Part shown: piece by piece, positions 13,601 to 27,061 of the stretch
Layout of the letters: each line of letters opens with the position of its first letter
How positions within the stretch are numbered: position 1 is the stretch's first letter
Assembly: GCA_010093815.1 (NCBI GenBank)
Contig: ML996565.1
DNA from: Pseudovirgaria hyperparasitica
Lineage: Eukaryota
DNA: 64,000 nt
Strand: one strand, 5' to 3'
The notes under the pieces: model-generated
Databases searched by the model: none
What the model saw: the letters and a program-made list of their open reading frames with translations, nothing else
Told to the model about the DNA's origin: nothing
Translations under genes and position numbers: made by a program

Positions 13601-15585
13601 TCATCCAGACACACCACTTTATCCGCAAACCATGGACAACTATGGCACACAGGTAGCATCCACAAGCTCGCATGAAGGGTTCCAGAAGCTTGGATCCCTC
13701 CATCGGGATTGCAATTCGATATAGTCGGATGATTATTGGACGGTCACCGCAAGCCTTCAAGACACTTGTTCTACGAACCCTGACGCCTGGTTACACTACC
13801 AGATGAAGATATATTGCAACATGCAAACAACCCCACATCTCACGGCGGGATTTCTCCGCCATGTGTGGGACAACTTTGATCACGATCCAAGCTGCTGGGA
13901 CGTCGATCTCGCAACGGTGCATGGTCAAACATGTTTTCATGCGAAGACAACGGCATACCTTGCGCAGCCGGCGTTCATATGACGGCGCGCATATATGATA
14001 TGTCGATATGCATTGGAACATGCGGTCATTGGATATCCAACATGTAATTGTTGAGAGCTACTTGTGCACCGCTGACTTGCATACATGGATGGCATGACGC
14101 ACATAATCAACTCGAGTCGTGGTACGTTGCTCAACATCAACTGTTATCGTCACTCACTAACTGTGCGGCATACACGATAACGTGTATGCAGTCGCATATT
14201 GCTTTGCTGGAAGGATCTGGTGCAAAACACCGTTGTAATGGAGAGGTCATTTGAGCAGTGGTACATGATGATGTTCCACGTAGGGTTGCATTAGGAAATC
14301 CTCGTCTCACGAGAAGCCAGTTTTGCCTACATCGTCTGAGATTAGCCAAAGCACGCAACAGCACTGAGCGCTCTCTGGTGTCTCATCGCTAAGATCTGCG
14401 CACACTGTACACTACCAGGAAATCCCCAATACCATGATCTAAACACCTTTCAGTGTATATCTCAACCCAACCAACCCTCATTTACCCACGCATTTAGCCC
14501 ACCAGCCACCCCCACCCCATCCACCTCTTTACCCGGCGCTAGTTTCCCCAGTCCCGGCGCCCCGCCAGACAATTACCAGGATACAAACTACTAGGGTACA
14601 CCGACCGCATCCAAGCTCTCGGGTCGGATGAATTCGGTATATCAATCCAACGAAAAAGGACCGGGGTCGCGCATACAAGAAAAATAAATGGTGCCTCACA
14701 TGTGAGACGTATCACTTTTTGACAGCGGCTGCTCCGCGGCCCGCGTGGGTGCAGAGTTCCGTGGGGCTTGTCATGGAGGCTCTGTCCTCGCGTGGGTAAA
14801 AGGTCTAGATGGTTGTCTGATTTCTATGTGCTACTGCTGCTGCTACTGTTGGTTGGGGGTAAAAGGATGTGGTTGGGCAAGAAAAGGCTTCCGGTGGATT
14901 TTATCCGGCGGGTGGTAGAATGAGGGTGCCAGAGATATGGAAATGGCACGATGCGGAGGACAGGAACGAAAAGTGCTGAAATCGGTTGATGACGACAATG
15001 ACGGTAACGATGACATTACAGAGGGGTGGAGCAGGTGGTTTTGGAGTTGTGGAGTCAGTTCATGGAGTATCGATAACTAGAAATGGTCTGGTTTTGTGAT
15101 ATTATGCCTATGTCTGCGACTTGCCTCGTGTCGTGGAATCATCTACCGCTAACGCTTTCTTTGCAGCTTTCATTGTTGGTCGCCTATTCATACTCCATTG
15201 TAACGCATACGTATGGCTAGAAGCGGTATATAGACTTGGATCCGCAGTGAATGAGGTCATAGTCTGGCGACGGTCCCAACATACGCGATGACTTTAAGAT
15301 TAGAGATCAGGCCATCGTCTCAAGAAGACTCTCAGGATACTGTTTGCTCGCCTATAGTCAATAGACTTGTCCATATACATGAAGGCCAGTACCGAAACCT
15401 TGGGAGACGGCTCAATGATGGTGCAATAGCAACAATTACATTTGGGATATCTACCCGGACTTCCCTGTTGTGACCATACTACTGGAATCGTACGATATCA
15501 GTGAGTATCAGTGACAGGCCTCGAGGTGGCTTCAGGTGCGACTGTCGCCGGAAATGTCGTCTTGTGAGCTGAACAATCGTGTTGT

Positions 15586-17340
15586 CTAAACCTCTGTTGT
15601 GCGCTCACACAGTATAGGCAGACCTTGGCTGCTGCGATGCTGACTTTGGTTTGTGTGCGAGACCTTCATCAAACGCACCGGTGTCTTCCCAGGATATCGT
15701 GTACTGCGTTTTAGTTCATCGTATATCTGTATTGCAAATGCTTTGAGCGAGTCAAAATGTTCCTCCAAACGGCGCTGGAAAGAGAACAGAACAGGGTGGA
15801 TGACTGGCAGATCTTGTTCAAGCATGTCTGATCTAGTCATGACGAATCCCGAACTGTCCCAATGGTTCGAAAAAATCTCTCCCTTATCAGGAATTCGCGT
15901 CAGAAAACCTATGAGACACATGCCCAGTCCAGAGCATCCACCATGAACCATGGCGGAGGGAAACAAGGCCGACAGCATAGCCAGAGCCTGAACCACGAAT
16001 GGCTAAGAGTGCTGGAATGTTGACACTCGAAAGAGTAATCAGGGCGAGAATGTGACATGACCACGAACCTGCAGTCTATCAGGTCTCGGAGCTCTCCACT
16101 CAGGGCTACTCGCGGTTCCTGTTTCCTATCTTGGAGTGCCATAGGCTTGATGTGACCGCTGAGAGACCAGCCCCGTTGCGGGGAGTCATCAATTTCGCAT
16201 CCGTAGGATGTGCCACCAGAAGGCTTTTTATCTGTTTGATCCTTGAGGATAGCTAGGGATATCCGAATTCTGAAGATCAACTCAATAAACGCCCCAGGCG
16301 TCTGCACCCTCAACGGTGCAGGCTAGTCCGCTCATGGTGAGTGTTGCGAGGCGCAACATTGATCCTTGTTGCTACTACAGCGACTAGCACATAGAGGCGT
16401 TCCTCGATAATCGGTATACGCGTGAGGAGATCCAGAGTCCGGAGGAGTCAGATCCCCCAGTTGAGTTCATATGAGGATAATTCGCAAGTCGACCAAGCAT
16501 GCAGATTCATTGCCAACGTTGCCCGTGGATCATCAGACTTTCCTGGTTCGAGGAAAGTGGAACAGGTTGACCAGATAAGAGCATGTCACTTTCAAGGGCG
16601 ACATGAAGGAAACTGTTTCGATAGAAGCGGTACTCGTCACATTCCACGTCTGTAAAGTCATCAACGGACACATTGATGCCCTCGCCAAGTATATTGGCTG
16701 GCTTGATATCCTTATGAACGAGCTCTCATTAGGTGAAGGTCTTCAGAGGCATCTGCAAGGTAGTTGGACTTTGAGATCATTTGTCGATTTTGCGAGATGT
16801 TGTCGGGATGTCCGGAAGTGCAATCAGAATGTTACGTATATCTTGCATATTGCGTTCAGAAACGGAAATCAGGAGGATGCTAAATTCACCCCCGCGCTGG
16901 TTGGTGAACAGAATATTTGTGATGTTGCTGCGAGTCAGCCTTCCGATGCTATTCATTTTTCGCGCAAAATTGCCATCTCTCGGTCCAATCCAACCTCTGG
17001 TCTGGATAACCCGAAGTATTTAGGAGCAAATATGCTTGGGCACCATGGCTCGAAGTGCTTGATATTGGCCGATAAAGTTAGACGACTAGAACCCCAAGAG
17101 GCTTAGCAGGCTTGTAGAGTAGTTCGCTTTGGTGTTGATATCAAGAGTCGATCATCTTCGAAGAAAAGTAGGTACTCCAAAAAGGAGAGACCACGAATAT
17201 TCGACCACTGGCTGGTGATATGACATAGGACAGCTGGCTCTCTCACGGGTATAGTGTACTATGGAAGTTGAGCTGCCAGCCAATAGCATCGTCGATATAG
17301 TCAGCAGTCGACTGCCCATACTACATACAACGAGAGACAA
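15586..17340 (-). pseudogene. Degenerate Ser/Thr protein kinase gene, possibly with a decayed C-terminal domain
   Basis: Manual minus-strand translation gives FARK (16968-16957), RLTRSNITNILFTNQRGGEFSILLISVSERNM, then LADASEDLHLMR, a 1-nt frameshift, LV-HKDIKPANIL (HKDIKPANIL at 16716-16687), VDDFT (DFG position, 16665-16651) and HVALE (APE position, 16605-16591). Several stops and frameshifts. Outer limits are approximate. Confidence 0.7.
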
Positions 17341-17953
17341 AAAGAGAGGAGGCTATTGAGGCCTGACTCACTCTGCCATCAAGAGCGCAAAGAATTGCGG
17401 CTGCTTCACCAAGTTTCTCTCAGTCTTGTTTATCAATGGAGGTCGGCTTTCTTTTGATATTCCCAGGCGAGCACATGCTCGTAGTGCACCACCACTTTAT
17501 ACTATCATCGCTAGGGTTCGTCGCTTTAGTTACGATAAATCTAAGATAAGATTCAAAGCCATAGGCGTAGGAGCTGTGGTGCTACAAGAAGTTGTGGCTG
17601 GTATGTTTCATATACCACGAAGTAAGAACCGGTCAACTCGGACTCCCGGAGCAAGTTCTCCTCCGCTCCACACACAGAACGGATAAAGGCGGGTCACCCT
17701 GAACGCCACATTATTTAGCCTCTGTTATCGCTAATATGTTATATAAGCTGCTGACGTCCACTGATCAGGATCATTAAGTCAAAGCAAGACGTTCTTCCGG
17801 ACCCTCAATTCGTTATTGCTCAAGAACAGCTTTCTTTCTACAAGTGCCGCAATCAACAAGATCAAGCGGAAGGCTCAAAATCAGAGACCCTTCGTCTCAA
17901 TTAACATAAGTGCGCCTTCCCACAGAGCTGAAGCTGTGGTAAAAGCGCGAGAA

Positions 17954-18457
17954 ATGACATCCCTCTTTCCCCACCCCGACCATGCCGAAATCCAGCCTTA
18001 TGGGCATACGATTCTCACACTTCACGTGCTAGCCAGAGGCTTCCTTTCGGGCTCTTTCATCTCTCTCTTTTTCACAGGCGGCTCCGTCCTACTCAACCGC
18101 TCACCCGGTCTTCCTCTGTCAACACGTATCCTGTCAAACTCTGCGCGCGGCACATTATGGGGCACAGGACTGATCGGTCTCGCGCTCATTGGGCGCATGT
18201 GGGATAGAGAAGACATTGAATGGAAGGATAGATCATGGAGATTGCTCGGAAATGAGGGTGAAATGAAGACAGATTGGTGGCAGATCGGAGGAGCTACGTT
18301 GGGTGCGGCTGTGGCTTTGGGAGCCGGGAAACGTGTGAATGGAGCAAAGATGCTCAAGGGATGGGAGAAGGGCCTTGGAGGTGCTGGACTAGGTAGCTTT
18401 GGCGGTATGATTGGTTATCACACGTCAAAGAATATTGGTAGTAAGGTAAAACAGTGA
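17954..18457 (+). CDS. Conserved small fungal membrane protein (DUF1757-like)
   Basis: MTSLFPHP start, hydrophobic Gly-rich helices and the motif GRMWDREDIEWKDRSWRLLGNEG. Family assignment is from memory. Confidence 0.75.
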   Translation: MTSLFPHPDHAEIQPYGHTILTLHVLARGFLSGSFISLFFTGGSVLLNRSPGLPLSTRILSNSARGTLWGTGLIGLALIGRMWDREDIEWKDRSWRLLGNEGEMKTDWWQIGGATLGAAVALGAGKRVNGAKMLKGWEKGLGGAGLGSFGGMIGYHTSKNIGSKVKQ

Positions 18458-18677
18458 TTGACGCTGCTTGCGTTCAGTAAACACGATTCTAGGGTGGCAA
18501 TGAATCTGCGCTGCTATCCATCCTAACATTCTTTCATCCAAACAGAAGCATACTCTGGAGCATATAGAATATAATACAAGAAGTGAATTCTTTGCTGAGG
18601 AGGAGAGTGACTGCATCCCAGTCCTCACCAAGTTCAATCATTGGTAAGAGCGTCCGTCATTGACAAAGACTGTCTGC

Positions 18678-19517
18678 TCATGATCCGAGTTTGTTGATAA
18701 CAGCTTGCCGTAATGCAGGTGAGAGGGCACATAGCTTGCGTATTGCCGCTCGTATTTGGGATCCGGTCTTGCAGTTGAGCACGAGAGAGAACGAAGTTGC
18801 TCCATCGTTCCATGGCTTTGCAAGGTCTAGTTCAGTGGCTAAAGCGCGTTTGAGTGTAGGTGAGGGCCGAGAGATCTCCAATAGCATCTCTCTCAAAATG
18901 GCAGATGGAACACGCGATATGTCTGAAATGCTTTTCACAGAGGGGACGTTCCCTCTCAATGGATGGCCAGAATGTGACGGGTAGGTAATTCCAGAATACT
19001 CGAATTTATTGTCAAAGCTAGCTTGACGCCCAGCAATCCGGTCGTCCACCGGAATGATGCTGGTCTTATCCTCATGTCTGTATCGTCTCAGGAGCCTGTG
19101 TGTCATCACGAGTCTTCGCTTGAGCACATCCGTGAAACCGTTTTGCCCCGTGTCTGCCCCCATTTGGGGGCGTATTGATCTTATTTCCTTTATAATAGAA
19201 TTGCGCCTATGACTTTGCAAGAGGGACCACCGACTAGAAACATAGTCCGCATCTGCCATCATAGCCTCCTGTTGAAGTGCGTAAGCGCATCCATGCATTT
19301 GCGCATAGAGGTATTCAAATTCTGACTTGGGCATGCGTGCAAGGGCTAAGCGCCATCTGAACGGTTCAGACTCAGGATTCATCGCATATTTATCCCAGAT
19401 GTAGGTTCTAGACTCTACCATGTCAGGGAATATTATAGCATAGAGTCGCCAATAATCCCGGATCTTCCCTTGTTTGTAGTCGTAGTCATCTACCTCTTTC
19501 TTGTGGCGGTCCGTCAT
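18678..19517 (-). CDS. Hypothetical protein (279 aa)
   Basis: Long ATG-initiated ORF with protein-like composition, divergent from SMC2. No family recognised. Confidence 0.55.
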   Translation of the reverse strand: MTDRHKKEVDDYDYKQGKIRDYWRLYAIIFPDMVESRTYIWDKYAMNPESEPFRWRLALARMPKSEFEYLYAQMHGCAYALQQEAMMADADYVSSRWSLLQSHRRNSIIKEIRSIRPQMGADTGQNGFTDVLKRRLVMTHRLLRRYRHEDKTSIIPVDDRIAGRQASFDNKFEYSGITYPSHSGHPLRGNVPSVKSISDISRVPSAILREMLLEISRPSPTLKRALATELDLAKPWNDGATSFSLVLNCKTGSQIRAAIRKLCALSPALRQAVINKLGS

Positions 19518-19979
19518 GATATATTGAACTTAAGGTCGCAAAATTCGCTCTGATAGTAACTCTAAGGCATACTATAGACCGCAGCATCGGCCCATGAGTA
19601 GAGTGTGAGGCTGCCGAGGTGAAGTTGGATGTAATGCAAAGGACTCAGGGGGTCAGAGGAGATAGGCTAGGGTAGTCTGAACACGGCTAGGGACTGATGA
19701 GTTAGATAATTTTATGGAAGAATGCCCACTATATTGACGACGAATGGCCGCTGCCGGAAATGAGGAGCTCAGAAAGCGCGGATACTGATGATAGGTTTTG
19801 GAATCATGATAATTACCTTCTGGAGTTGCGGAGAACCTCAGCCTGGGCATGGGGTACCTCCGAGCCGCCCGCCTTAAGCTAGTCCTGGCTAGCGCATAAC
19901 ATCGCGTTCCCAGATAACAAACAATCGATTCCGCGAAGAACGCTGAGACAGATAGCAACGAAGCCTAATAACCACGAGC

Positions 19980-22900
19980 ATGAGGGTTACGGAAGTTATC
20001 ATTGACGTGAGCTCTGGTATTATTGCTGCGTAACTCAGCTGACAGTTCTCCCAGGGGTTCAAGTCGTACGCGGTGCGAACGGTGATTACAGGCTGGTATG
20101 CGACGCGATAAACAGACAGCCTCTCACGTAACAATCTAACGGCGCATCAGGGATGAGAGCTTCAACTCAATCACAGGTCTGAATGGAAGTGGGAAATCGA
20201 ATATTCTAGACTCAATATGTTTTGTTCTCGGTATTACGAATATGAGCACTGTGCGAGCACAGAATCTTCAGGTATGCGCAAAGCTATGGACTTGGTCAAT
20301 GTACTAATATTGTCTGCATGAAGGACCTCATATACAAACGTGGACAAGCGGGCGTAACGAAAGCCAGTGTCACAATCGTCTTTGACAACTCGGATACGAA
20401 GAAGAGCCCAATTGGATTTGAGACCTATACCCAGATTTCTGTTACGCGGCAAATAGTCCTAGGTGGAACGAGCAAGTACCTGATCAATGGACACCGAGCA
20501 CAACAGCAGACTGTGCAGAACCTCTTCCAATCTGTACAGCTGAATATCAATAATCCGAATTTCCTAATTATGCAGGGGCGGATCACTAAAGTGCTCAATA
20601 TGAAGGCCGTAGAGATTCTGGCCATGATTGAAGAGGCAGCTGGGACAAGGATGTTTGAGGACAGGAGGGACAAGGCTCTGAAAACAATGGAAAAGAAGCA
20701 GATGAAGGTTGAAGAAATATCAGGATTGCTGAAGGATGAAATTGAGCCAAAACTCGAGAAATTGCGACAGGAGAAACGCGCATTCTTAGACTTCCAACAA
20801 ACACAAAGCAACATCGAACAGATGACCCGACTCGTTGTTTCATATGACTACGCACGATACAACGAAAAACTGAAGCAATCGGGTCAAGACTTGGACGCCA
20901 AAAAGCAGCGAGCGAAAGACCTTGAAGACTCTGCTGCGCGGATGAAGAACGAGATCGTGCTGCTACAAGAAGATATCAAGAAAGTCAAAGCTACGAGAGA
21001 AAAGGAATTGCGAAAGGGCGGCAAATTTCAAGCACTCGAGGAAGAAGTCAAGACTCATTCACACGAAGTTGTGAGACTATCAACGGTGCTTGACTTGAAG
21101 CAAGCCAGCCTGGGAGAGGAGAAGGAACGGCGGGCGAAAGCCGAGAAGAGTGTCAATGAGTTGGAGAAACAACTGAAAGAGAAGACTAAGGCTCATGAAG
21201 TTCTTCAGAAGAAATACGAGGCAGCGCATACTGAGCTCCAGAAACAGACCGAGGAAGTCGAGAACAAAGAGGAACTGCTTCAGAGTCTTCAGACAGGTGT
21301 TGCGTCCAAAGAAGGTCAAGAAGGAGGTTATCAAGGCCAACTTCAAGAGGCTAGGAATCGTGTGAGCGCCGCCGCCACCGAGCAAGAACAGGGTAAACTC
21401 AAGGTATCGCATCTAGAGAAGCGAATCCAGGAAGAAGAACCTCGAGCAAAGAAAGCAAAAGAGCAAAATTCGAGTCTGACCAAGGATCTTGAGGCGTTGA
21501 AGTCACAGGCAAAGAAGCTTGCAAATGAGTTGACAAAGCTTGGACTTGAGCCTGGCAAAGAAGACGAAATGTATAACGAGGAGAAGATGCTGCAGTCTCG
21601 GATCCGTGACCTCAGGGGCCAAGCCGATGGTCTCAAGCGGAAAGTGGCCAACATAGACTTTACTTACACTGATCCATCTCCAAGATTCGATAGATCGAAG
21701 GTGAAAGGCTTGGTTGCGCAGCTTTTCACGCTTGACAAGGAGCATACCCGAGCCGGTACTGCCCTTGAGATCTGCGCTGGTGGTCGCCTTTACAATGTCG
21801 TTGTCGATACTGCAGAGACAGGTACTCAACTTCTGCAAAATGGTAAACTCAGGAAGCGTGTCACGATCATTCCACTGAACAAGATTGCTGCTTTCAAGGC
21901 ATCTGCACAAAAGATTGGCGCCGCGCAGAAACTTGCTCCAGGAAAGGTCAATCTTGCGCTATCGCTCGTAGGACATGATCAGGAAGTGACCGCTGCAATG
22001 GAATATGTCTTCGGGTCGACTCTAGTCTGCGAAGATGCTGAGACAGCGAAGCGTGTCACGTTCGACCCGGCCGTACGGCTCAAGAGCGTGACTTTGGAAG
22101 GTGATGTATATGACCCGTCGGGCACGCTCTCCGGTGGAAGTGCACCTCAGTCAAGTGGTGTTCTTGTTACCTTGCAACAACTCAACGAGCTGACGATTCA
22201 ACTCACAAATCAGGAGAAAGCTTTAGAAGTGCTCCAGGCGACGATTGCTAGGGACAAGAAGAAGCTCGATGGAGCTCGCAAGACCAAGCAAGAGCTTGAC
22301 CTAAAAAACCACGAGATCAGGTTAACGGAAGACCAAATCAACAGCAATTCCTCCACGTCTATCATTCAAGCTGTTGAAGAAATGAAGGCCAACATTGTTC
22401 GTTTGAAACAAGAGATCAGTGATGCAAAAGCTCGGCATGATGAGGCAACCAAGGAAGTGAAGCGTATTGAGGGTGACATGAAGGATTTTAGTAAGAATAA
22501 AGACAGCAAGCTTGCTGAGCTTCAGACTTCCCTCGATAAGCTTCGCAAAACCTTATCGAAGACGTCAGCATCTATCAAGCCATTGCAACACGAGATGAGA
22601 GAGGCATTGTCAGATGCTGAGCAATGTGGCAATGATCTCGCAGCTGCACAAGAACAACTCCAAGACGCACAGACTGCCCTTGCGACACAACAGGAAGAGA
22701 TTGATTCAATCGTTGCTGAACAGAAGCGTGTCAAGGATGCTCATGATCTTGCGCAGGCTAATCTAGAGGACGAACAGGCTAAACTCAGCGGATTTGACGA
22801 AGAACTGCGTGAACTTGACGACGCCATTCGCTCAAAATCAGCCTCTATCACAGAAGAGGGTCTCGAGATGCAACAACTTGGTCATCAGATCGAGAAATTC

Positions 22901-23717
22901 GACAAGGACCAGCAAGCAGCCTCGCAAACCATCGTTGCGCTCGAAAAAGAACACGAATGGATAGCAGATGAGAAGGAGCTCTTCGGGCGTCCCGGGACCG
23001 CTTACGACTTCAGGAATCGAAACATGTCCGAATGCAAAGCGGTTCTAAAGAAAGAAACGGAAGCGTTCCAGGGAAAGCGCAAAAAGGTTAATCCGAAGGT
23101 CATGAACATGATTGATAGCGTAGAGAAGAAGGAGGCAGCTCTCAATAACATGATGAGAACCGTCAAGAAGGACAAGAAGAAGATCGAGGAGACCATCACA
23201 AATCTTGACGAGTACAAAAAGGAGGCGTTGTACAAGACATGGGAGAAAGTGAACGGCGACTTTGGGCAGATCTTTGAGACTTTGCTACCTGGCGGTAGTT
23301 TCGCGAAGTTGGACCCGCCAGAGGGTAAGACCATTGCCGAAGGTCTCGAGGTCAAGGTCTGCCTGGGTAAGGTTTGGAAGCAGAGTCTAACAGAGCTGAG
23401 TGGTGGCCAGCGGTATGATATTCTGCACTCATTTGTTTGTTTGCACCTGCTGACTCGAATCTCACAGATCGCTCATCGCCCTATCTCTCATCATGGCGCT
23501 CCTACAGTTCAAACCTGCACCAATGTACATTCTTGACGAGGTTGATGCTGCGCTCGATCCAGACCACACGCAGAACATTGGTCGATTGATCAAGACGCGG
23601 TTCAAGGGATCACAATTCATTGTTGTCAGCTTGAAAGATGGTATGTTCGAGAATGCGAATCGTATCTTCCGGACGCGATTTAGCGATGGTACGAGTGTTG
23701 TTCAGGTCCTAAAATGA
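19980..23717 (+). CDS. SMC2: Condensin subunit SMC2 (5 exons)
   Basis: [14 protein letters not shown] start, Walker [10 protein letters not shown], coiled coils, hinge, LSGGQ signature, and Walker B/D-loop [11 protein letters not shown]. Three short 5' GT-AG introns and one near 23413-23468. Confidence 0.97.
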
Positions 23718-24153
23718 GGCGTTATTCATGGGGATTAAATTTTTGGATCGGTTTGGGTAAGGCATGGGTACTGGAGCGATGCATATGAAGCGGAGGTGGC
23801 GTTAGGGAGGCTTGTCGACTCGAGCTGTTAGCGTACGCAATGTGATCATGAATATGATATCAGAAGTGTATGAGGAGGGGCGTTTTTCGCATATTGTTCA
23901 CTCATACCAGCTATTCACGTCCGCTTGAGGAGTGTATATCATGCAAAGTGGTTGTTGTATTAAAGGTCAGTGGCAGGTATAGAATGGGTATTAGTGTTAC
24001 TATGATGGGCTACGCTATGCTATGCTATTGGTAAAATCGCCTGTTATAAAAGAATATGCACCATTTTAGTCTTAGTGTCGGGAGATTCGTCTGTTCGAAT
24101 GAGTGTTGTTACAAGCTCTCCAACTGCTTGACTCGGCGTTGCATGCGCAGCAT

Positions 24154-24597
24154 TCACTGGGGCTTCGCACACCCAATATTCGCACTCTGGACATTCGTAT
24201 ACTGCCCCTGCTGTGCCTCAACAAAATCATCCGTTGTCAGGTACCGCGAGAACATAAGGCAAGCCTCCTCTAGAACTCCGCCAGCACCATAGTAACCTCC
24301 AGCCGGCGTTGGGGCATTCGCCGCCTTGAACACGGATGTGCAGCCGCTCAGCCCATAGCATTGCTCCTGGCACTGTGTGAAGTTGACGTTTGGGTTGTAG
24401 TAGTAGTAGACGTTGGCGCCCATTGCGGCGTCGGACGGTTTGTAGCCGCCGGTAGAGGACTCGGAGAGTTCGGAGGTGGGCGAAGTGACGGGGCAGTCTG
24501 CAGGAAGGGGAATTATGGCTGGGCCGCCGGCGCGTTTGGGAAGAGAGGCGGCGGCGGTGAGGGAGAGGAGGGAGAGGATTGCGGTGAGGGACTGCAT
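24154..24597 (-). CDS. Small secreted cysteine-rich protein (147 aa), PAN/apple-like
   Basis: Signal peptide MQSLTAILSLLSLTAAA, KR (Kex2-type) site and six Cys including CQEQCYGLSGC. Confidence 0.8.
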   Translation of the reverse strand: MQSLTAILSLLSLTAAASLPKRAGGPAIIPLPADCPVTSPTSELSESSTGGYKPSDAAMGANVYYYYNPNVNFTQCQEQCYGLSGCTSVFKAANAPTPAGGYYGAGGVLEEACLMFSRYLTTDDFVEAQQGQYTNVQSANIGCAKPQ

Positions 24598-27061
24598 TGT
24601 GATGGACTTTTTGGTGTTGTGTCGCGACAGTTGGTGAGGATTATATCGGTGGTAGTTTGTTGAATGGAGATGCGAGTGTTCGATGAGGTCTGTCTATGTT
24701 GATGATCAGCAGTACCAAGCCGCAGGGCACAGGCAGATATATATAATTCTCTCGTGTTGCATGTCGATCCTACCTCGTAACCATCTGTGTGAGGATGGGC
24801 TGGGGCGCATCCTACAAGCAATAATACGACCTGAGCCGCATCCCTCGATTGATGTGCGTCAGTCCATCGCCTAAGCGTGCAGTCAGCGAAAGATTGAATC
24901 GGTATTCAGAGTATGTGCCTCGAAGGTTTAGCAGGCTATTGGACACTCTACAAGGCAATGAAACATTGCTGGACTTGGGTTTGAAGGGGTGCATGGGAAA
25001 ATCACTCGCAGGAATCAATACTCGGTACGTCAGTGTGGTGGCAGCGTGGCCAATGGATGCAGGTGCGGCGTTGCAGCGCTTGGGCTTGCGCTTACTACTG
25101 GCGCCTCTCCGCTGCCGAGTAGGCCGGTGGAGGGTGTGGGAGAGTGCTCATCCACCCAAGAGTAAGACAAGGCTTCTTCTCACTCCATCTCACCCACCAC
25201 TGTGAACGGAGACCTCAATACTTGTATGTTCTCTTTATCATCTTCTTCTGTACCACTGTTTCGCTACAATAATGGTCGCTGGATGCCTATAAACAGCGTT
25301 CGCCATGCTCCCCATCTTGCAGACAGTGGCAGACTTCATAAATGTAACATCTCACTCCTCAGTTCAGACGACTGCGCTTTTCTGTGGCACAGCCAGTTGC
25401 CAGCATTCCAAAAGTATCTTCCAAAACCCTGTGGTCCGAAAATACATGCCACAGTCGAGGCTGATACATTACTGATCTTCCCGGCCCCTGGCTACTATGT
25501 AACCATTTGCCATTCCAGGTAGCAAATGGTTTACGCGATGGCCACTATCGACTTTATTGTGTCACTGATACCATACCATGGCTGTGCTGAAAAGACCAGC
25601 TTACTATCAGCGCATTTCCGAGGCTAATATGTTATTTTTAGTCACTAATTAACTGACGATCAATTTTTCCTAGGTTGGTTAGGCCTTTTTCTATACCTCC
25701 GGTCTATCCTGTTCTTCTTTAGTGTATGTCTTCCATACAACTACTCTCAACTTTAAAGCTAAACGTTTCCCTTCTTATGGCCACTGCTTCCTCTGAGTTT
25801 GCTTTCCTTCTATCAAGACCCTTGACGTAAGTACATTCGTGAGCAATCCGTCCCGACTTGTTTTATACATTTTTGCTCTAGCCAAGAGGTTCTTGAATCT
25901 TGACCACGCCATGCCATACTTCGATGCTTAATCCTGCTGCTTCACGTTTTTTCCTCGAGTTCTTTTGTCAAGATCACTCTATTCTGCACCTTTATGCATT
26001 GCCCGAAGTCATGTGCGATCTCGACCTGTCTTGACCTCCGGTGCTTTATACCTATGTATTGTAGATATTCTTTCTCAGAGTGTCACATATCTCTTTTGTA
26101 GAAATATAAATCGATCGTATAACAACGCTTTGTTCAAATGTCCAGTTTGTAGGTCCATCTGCCATCTGCAAATGTCTAGGGCAGTTCAAGCATATCGTCA
26201 TCATCTCTTGCTTCGATACAGTGTGTCTTCTAATGGTTGGCCGGAGGTAGAGGCTATAATTTGCTTAGACTCTAGAGGCACGTGTCGTCCGTATGAAATT
26301 CGTCTGAAAGGAGAAATATAGGGTTCTTCTTCTTGCTGAGGGAGTCGCATGAAGCTCAGTGGTAAACCTAAGACTAAGGTTGCTCGCACGACTGAACGAG
26401 GTGTCAGTGGTATTTGATGTCCAAGAGATATCAAAGGCAAGACCGCAAAGGCGCAAAGGTCCAGAAACACACAAAGAGGTCGCATTGTTGCAAGAGTAAC
26501 CTACAAATGACTATCATTAGTCCTACAAAGACGCATGTCGAACCTTGATCGACGTCTTGGAGGCCACTTGATGCTGGGTGTGGTACGAAAATAGTTGTAT
26601 ATGCGTAACGACATCAACCGGATGACCAAAGACGGAGACAGCAATGACAAAGCACATGTGGATTTCACAGTGCAAGTGTACCGCATATCTGATCGCTCAT
26701 TTCAACCCATGGAGATATACCTGTCCTTATACGCCTCTTTACGTCCGATGGAATGCTCTATATGCCAAACTTTGACGCGTGGATGGGTCTGACGGAGACA
26801 TGACATCGACCCGACACTCGCAGCCATCCGCACACTAACCCGGCAGTTCGGACGACTATAAGTATCATGTACCCGCTCGAGTAGATCTCTCCTCTCATCC
26901 TCCAACCGTTCCTCACCACCACAACAATCTTCTCACTTCAGCAAGATCTTAAGCCTTCAATCTATCTCCTCCTTCTCTGAACATAGACGTAAGACACCTT
27001 ATAGACTATCATATATTTGGTTCGTAAAGCACAACTACCTATACAGCCCAAATCGTCCTAG

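Noticed and set aside
16603..17106. 167-aa plus-strand ORF
   Set aside because: Antisense shadow of the kinase pseudogene.
25200..26900. Possible decayed gene or transposon relic
   Set aside because: No terminal repeats or transposase/RT motifs visible.
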